NCBI GenBank assembly: GCA_002269645.1
Contig: NIVC01000646.1
Coordinates: forward strand, 62,001-126,000
Length of the DNA stretch: 64,000 nucleotides
Origin: Macrostomum lignano
Lineage: Eukaryota
Reading direction: 5' to 3'
Made by a program: the position numbers and the translations under genes. This document shows positions 60,640 through 64,000 of the stretch, one piece after another; within the stretch, counting starts at the first letter, position 1; each line of letters begins with the position of its first letter. Under the pieces are notes generated by a model, which did not search any database, was not told the origin of the DNA, and saw nothing but the letters and a program-made list of their open reading frames with translations.

Positions 60640-61405
60640 TTAGCCTGGCATTTGCATTGCCTGACTTTTGCTTAGCCTGACAAATGCTTAGCCTGGCATT
60701 TGCTTAGCCTGACATTTGCTTAGCCTGGCATTTGCTTAGCCTGACATTTGCATTGCCTGACATTTGCATTGCCTGACATTTGCTTAGCCTGACATTTGCT
60801 TAGCCTGACATTTGCTTAGCCTGGCATTTGCTTAGCCTGGCATTTGCTTAGCCTGGCATTTGCTTAGCCTGGCATTTGCTTAGCCTGGCATTTGCATTGC
60901 CTGACATTTGCTTAGCCTGACATTTGCTTAGCCTGACATTTGCTTAGCCTGGCATTTGCTTAGCCTGAAATTTGCTTAGCCTGGCATTTGCTTAGCCTGG
61001 CATTTGCTTAGCCTGACATTTGCTTAGCCTGACATTTGCTTAGCCTGGCATTTGCTTAGCCTGAAATTTGCTTAGCCTGGCATTTGCTTAGCCTGACATT
61101 TGCTTAGCCTGGCATTTGCTTAGCCTGAAATTTGCATTGCCTGACATTTGCTTAGCCTGACATTTGCTTAGCCTGACATTTGCATTGCCTGACATTTGCA
61201 TTGCCTGACATTTGCATAGCCTGACATTTGCTTAGCCTGGCATTTGCTTAGCCTGGCATTTGCTTAGCCTGGCATTTGCTTAGCCTGACATTTGCATAGC
61301 CTGACATTTGCTTAGCCTGGTATTTGCTTAGCCTGAAATTTGCATTGCTTGATATTTGCTTAGCCTGGCATTTGCTTAGCCTGAAATTTGCATTGCTTGA
61401 TATTT
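60640..61405. repeat. 16-bp minisatellite (GCTTAGCCTGGCATTT), about 47 copies
   Basis: Direct reading. Confidence 0.96.
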
Positions 61406-62155
61406 GCTATATGGATATGAGCCAACATATTAGATTTATAAATAAGCCTAGCTTTTTAGTAAGATTAACTAAATAATGCATCATATAGCAATATCAATAT
61501 ACTCATAGCAGTTAATATATAATTATAGAACTTAGTCTCTACTTAATATGCATTAAGAAATAACACATTTGCAAAGGACAAAAAAGTTTTGAATGAGTTT
61601 CAAGGTAGGTAGTACTTTTGATTTAGTAATTTATTAAATTCAATTAATATGATCAGTAAAATAATTTTTGATTGCTGAAACTTTTTAGAATAGTCTATAT
61701 GATATAGCAAGATATTAAAAATTATTGAATGATAAAAAAGTTATTTGCATCATTTTTAAACTACAAATTTAAAATAAATTTAGACAATATAAAGATAATT
61801 GATTTCTGCATATTAGAATAATTATACAATATTTGTGTTTAACTTTGAATTATAAAAGTTTCTATAAACCAAAAGATTTGTTCCGTAATTTATAATAGAA
61901 GTTCACTATAAGCAAAATTTTCCTATATTAATATCTATAGCCATATCTCAAAAAATTTCCCATAGTCTATTTTATATCCATATATATAGCTTGTAAATTT
62001 TCTGTAACTTCATACAATGTATAACTTTCTTGCTGTGGTTGCAATGTGCTACTAGCCAGCAATAATTGATAAGAATGTCACTGATTAGGCATTAAGAATT
62101 TTTGCTGCTAACTGTTCCAATTTGAAGAATGCAACTATAAATAGCATCATACATG

Positions 62156-62257
62156 TGCAACCTTGGGAATCACTTGGCCATTTCTATTGGCAAAACACAT
62201 GTATTTCGCTAGCACTGTTTTGCCAATAGAAATGGCCAGGTGATTCCCAAGGTTGCA
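62156..62257. repeat. inverted repeat with 42-bp arms and an 18-nt loop, plus a third diverged copy at 62274-62315
   Basis: 62156-62197 matches 62216-62257 with one mismatch. Confidence 0.9.
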
Positions 62258-64000
62258 AGGGCAGACATACATGTGTTTTGTCAATAGAAACGGTCGAGTG
62301 AATCCAAAGGTCGCACCCAAGCATGAATAGCATTCTATAGACAGTGTAGAATCCATCTGTGGCACTCAATGCCTATCAACTTGATCACATTTTAAACAGT
62401 TTTCTCTATTTTCTTACCTCTCTCCTCTCTTTCCTCTCTTCTATTTCCTCACCTTTCTCTTGTCTCCTCTTTTTTCTTTCTCCTTTTCTCTTTCTTCTTT
62501 CTCCTTTTCTCTTTCTTCTTTCTTTTTTTCCCTCTCCCCTTTTCTCCCCTTATCTCTTTTCCTCTTTCCCTTCTCATATTTCTTCTTGTTATGTTTAAAT
62601 AACTCAAGTAACAAAATCTTCAATGCTTACCAAGATCTCATATGAGAGTGCTAGCCTGCTTGTCAGGGGTCTTTGTCATTTCATCAATTGGAATTTTGTC
62701 CACTGGCCATTTTATCAACTTAGTTTCAAATTGGTCATTTTGTCAACTAGCCAATGAAGCAGTCTTAAACCTTGGTCACTTTGTCAACTAGCCAATGGTG
62801 AGTTCCCCACCTTGATCACTTTGTCAACTGCCAATTAAAATACCCTACATAGCCAAAAAAAACTAAAACTGAAACCTCACGCAAGACTAAGGTATCTAGC
62901 CATATGAATATCCATACCATGGATCCTAGACACTTTGTCATCTTACAACTTCATGTAAGATATAAGATTGGTTTCATTCCGGTTGCCTTTATATACTAAA
63001 TAACTAGTATAATAGGGTGTACTAAATAACTAAATAGGGTACATGTTGGAGTAATGTATGGTTGAGATGGGATGGTGGACAGAGGTATGAAAACTTGAAG
63101 GGTGGGCTAAGATGGATTGAGGGAACAGGTGCCAACACAAGGTCTCATGAGCCTATTGGATGCACATTGGATATGGAGGTGCTTTTGTACTTGCTTTGTT
63201 TGGAATAAAGTGAGGGTGGGGTGGTGGGGCAGAGGTATGAACACACTTCACACTCTAAATTGTCAAAAAGAGGTGTCAAAACTGATTTCATTAAAAGAGT
63301 TAAAAGATAGGTGCCAACACAATGTCTCAAAATAACAAAATTGTGTGCATATTGGAGGTGCCAACACGATGTCTCAAAATAACAAAATCATGTGCATGTT
63401 GAGGGTGATATAGGGTGGGGAAGGGTGGTTTTGTTTTAAATTTGAAAACTTTTGTTTTATAGATGACAAAGTATCCACAAGTCTAAGTCACTTTGTTATC
63501 CACCCTCTGAGATATTGGACAGATTGTCATCTAGATGACAAAGTTATAAGATGACAGTGTCCAGGTATCATATACCATTTGCAACATTGTCCTGCTTCAT
63601 TACAAAATATAATGCACTTAAAAGAAACTAAAAAGTATAGACTTCAAGACACTATACAAAGATAAAACCTCCCAATTAAGCTTTAATGATGAGAAATTTC
63701 TTGTAAAAAAGCAGCTACACATGCACAAAGAAAGAGAACTAAGCCAAAAGCTAGACAACTAGCACTATATTAAATACTACAAAAATGCTTACCTTTACAA
63801 AAAAATCTGCAGACCTGCCTCTTAAATTACTTTCCACATCTATTTAGAAATAAAAAATTATGGGTGCAATCCATTAAGTGATAGGCCTACATTTGAATAG
63901 GCTAGGCCGAGAACATGTATTAAAAAATTTCATCTAGGCCTATGCATATATAGTATAATAATATAATATTGGTAGGCCTACTACTACTATTAAATGTTTG

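Overview
Eukaryotic (metazoan, invertebrate-type) genomic DNA. GC-rich exons sit in AT-rich sequence packed with micro- and minisatellites. The overall style resembles a Macrostomum-like flatworm, but that assignment is inference only. Host genes, all on the minus strand, are: a 5-exon STARD10/PCTP-like START lipid-transfer gene (276 aa over 23.5 kb); a small single-pass membrane protein; eIF2-alpha (2 exons); a tentative Cys-motif gene whose exon is split by an RTE LINE; an RWD + MJ1316 + 2H-phosphoesterase (LENG9-like) gene; and COX16. One tRNA-Gln(CTG) lies on the plus strand. Mobile DNA comprises a 5'-truncated R1/Loa-like LINE, a near full-length Ingi-like LINE, an RTE fragment, a tRNA-derived CORE/Meta-type SINE, a candidate non-autonomous Helitron, several MITEs and a decayed Penelope-type hammerhead. 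The most striking object is the Ingi-like LINE at about 22005-26769, inserted in a 30-bp minisatellite inside STARD10 intron 3. It begins with a well-formed HDV-like ribozyme fold. Its leader peptide ends in a ubiquitin C-terminus mimic (QRESGNLDHVLRLRGG), and its APE endonuclease is split by a PHD-finger-containing insertion. Most long ORFs in the supplied track are artefacts of tandem repeats. No CRISPR array or rRNA was found. All structures were read by eye and no searches were run.
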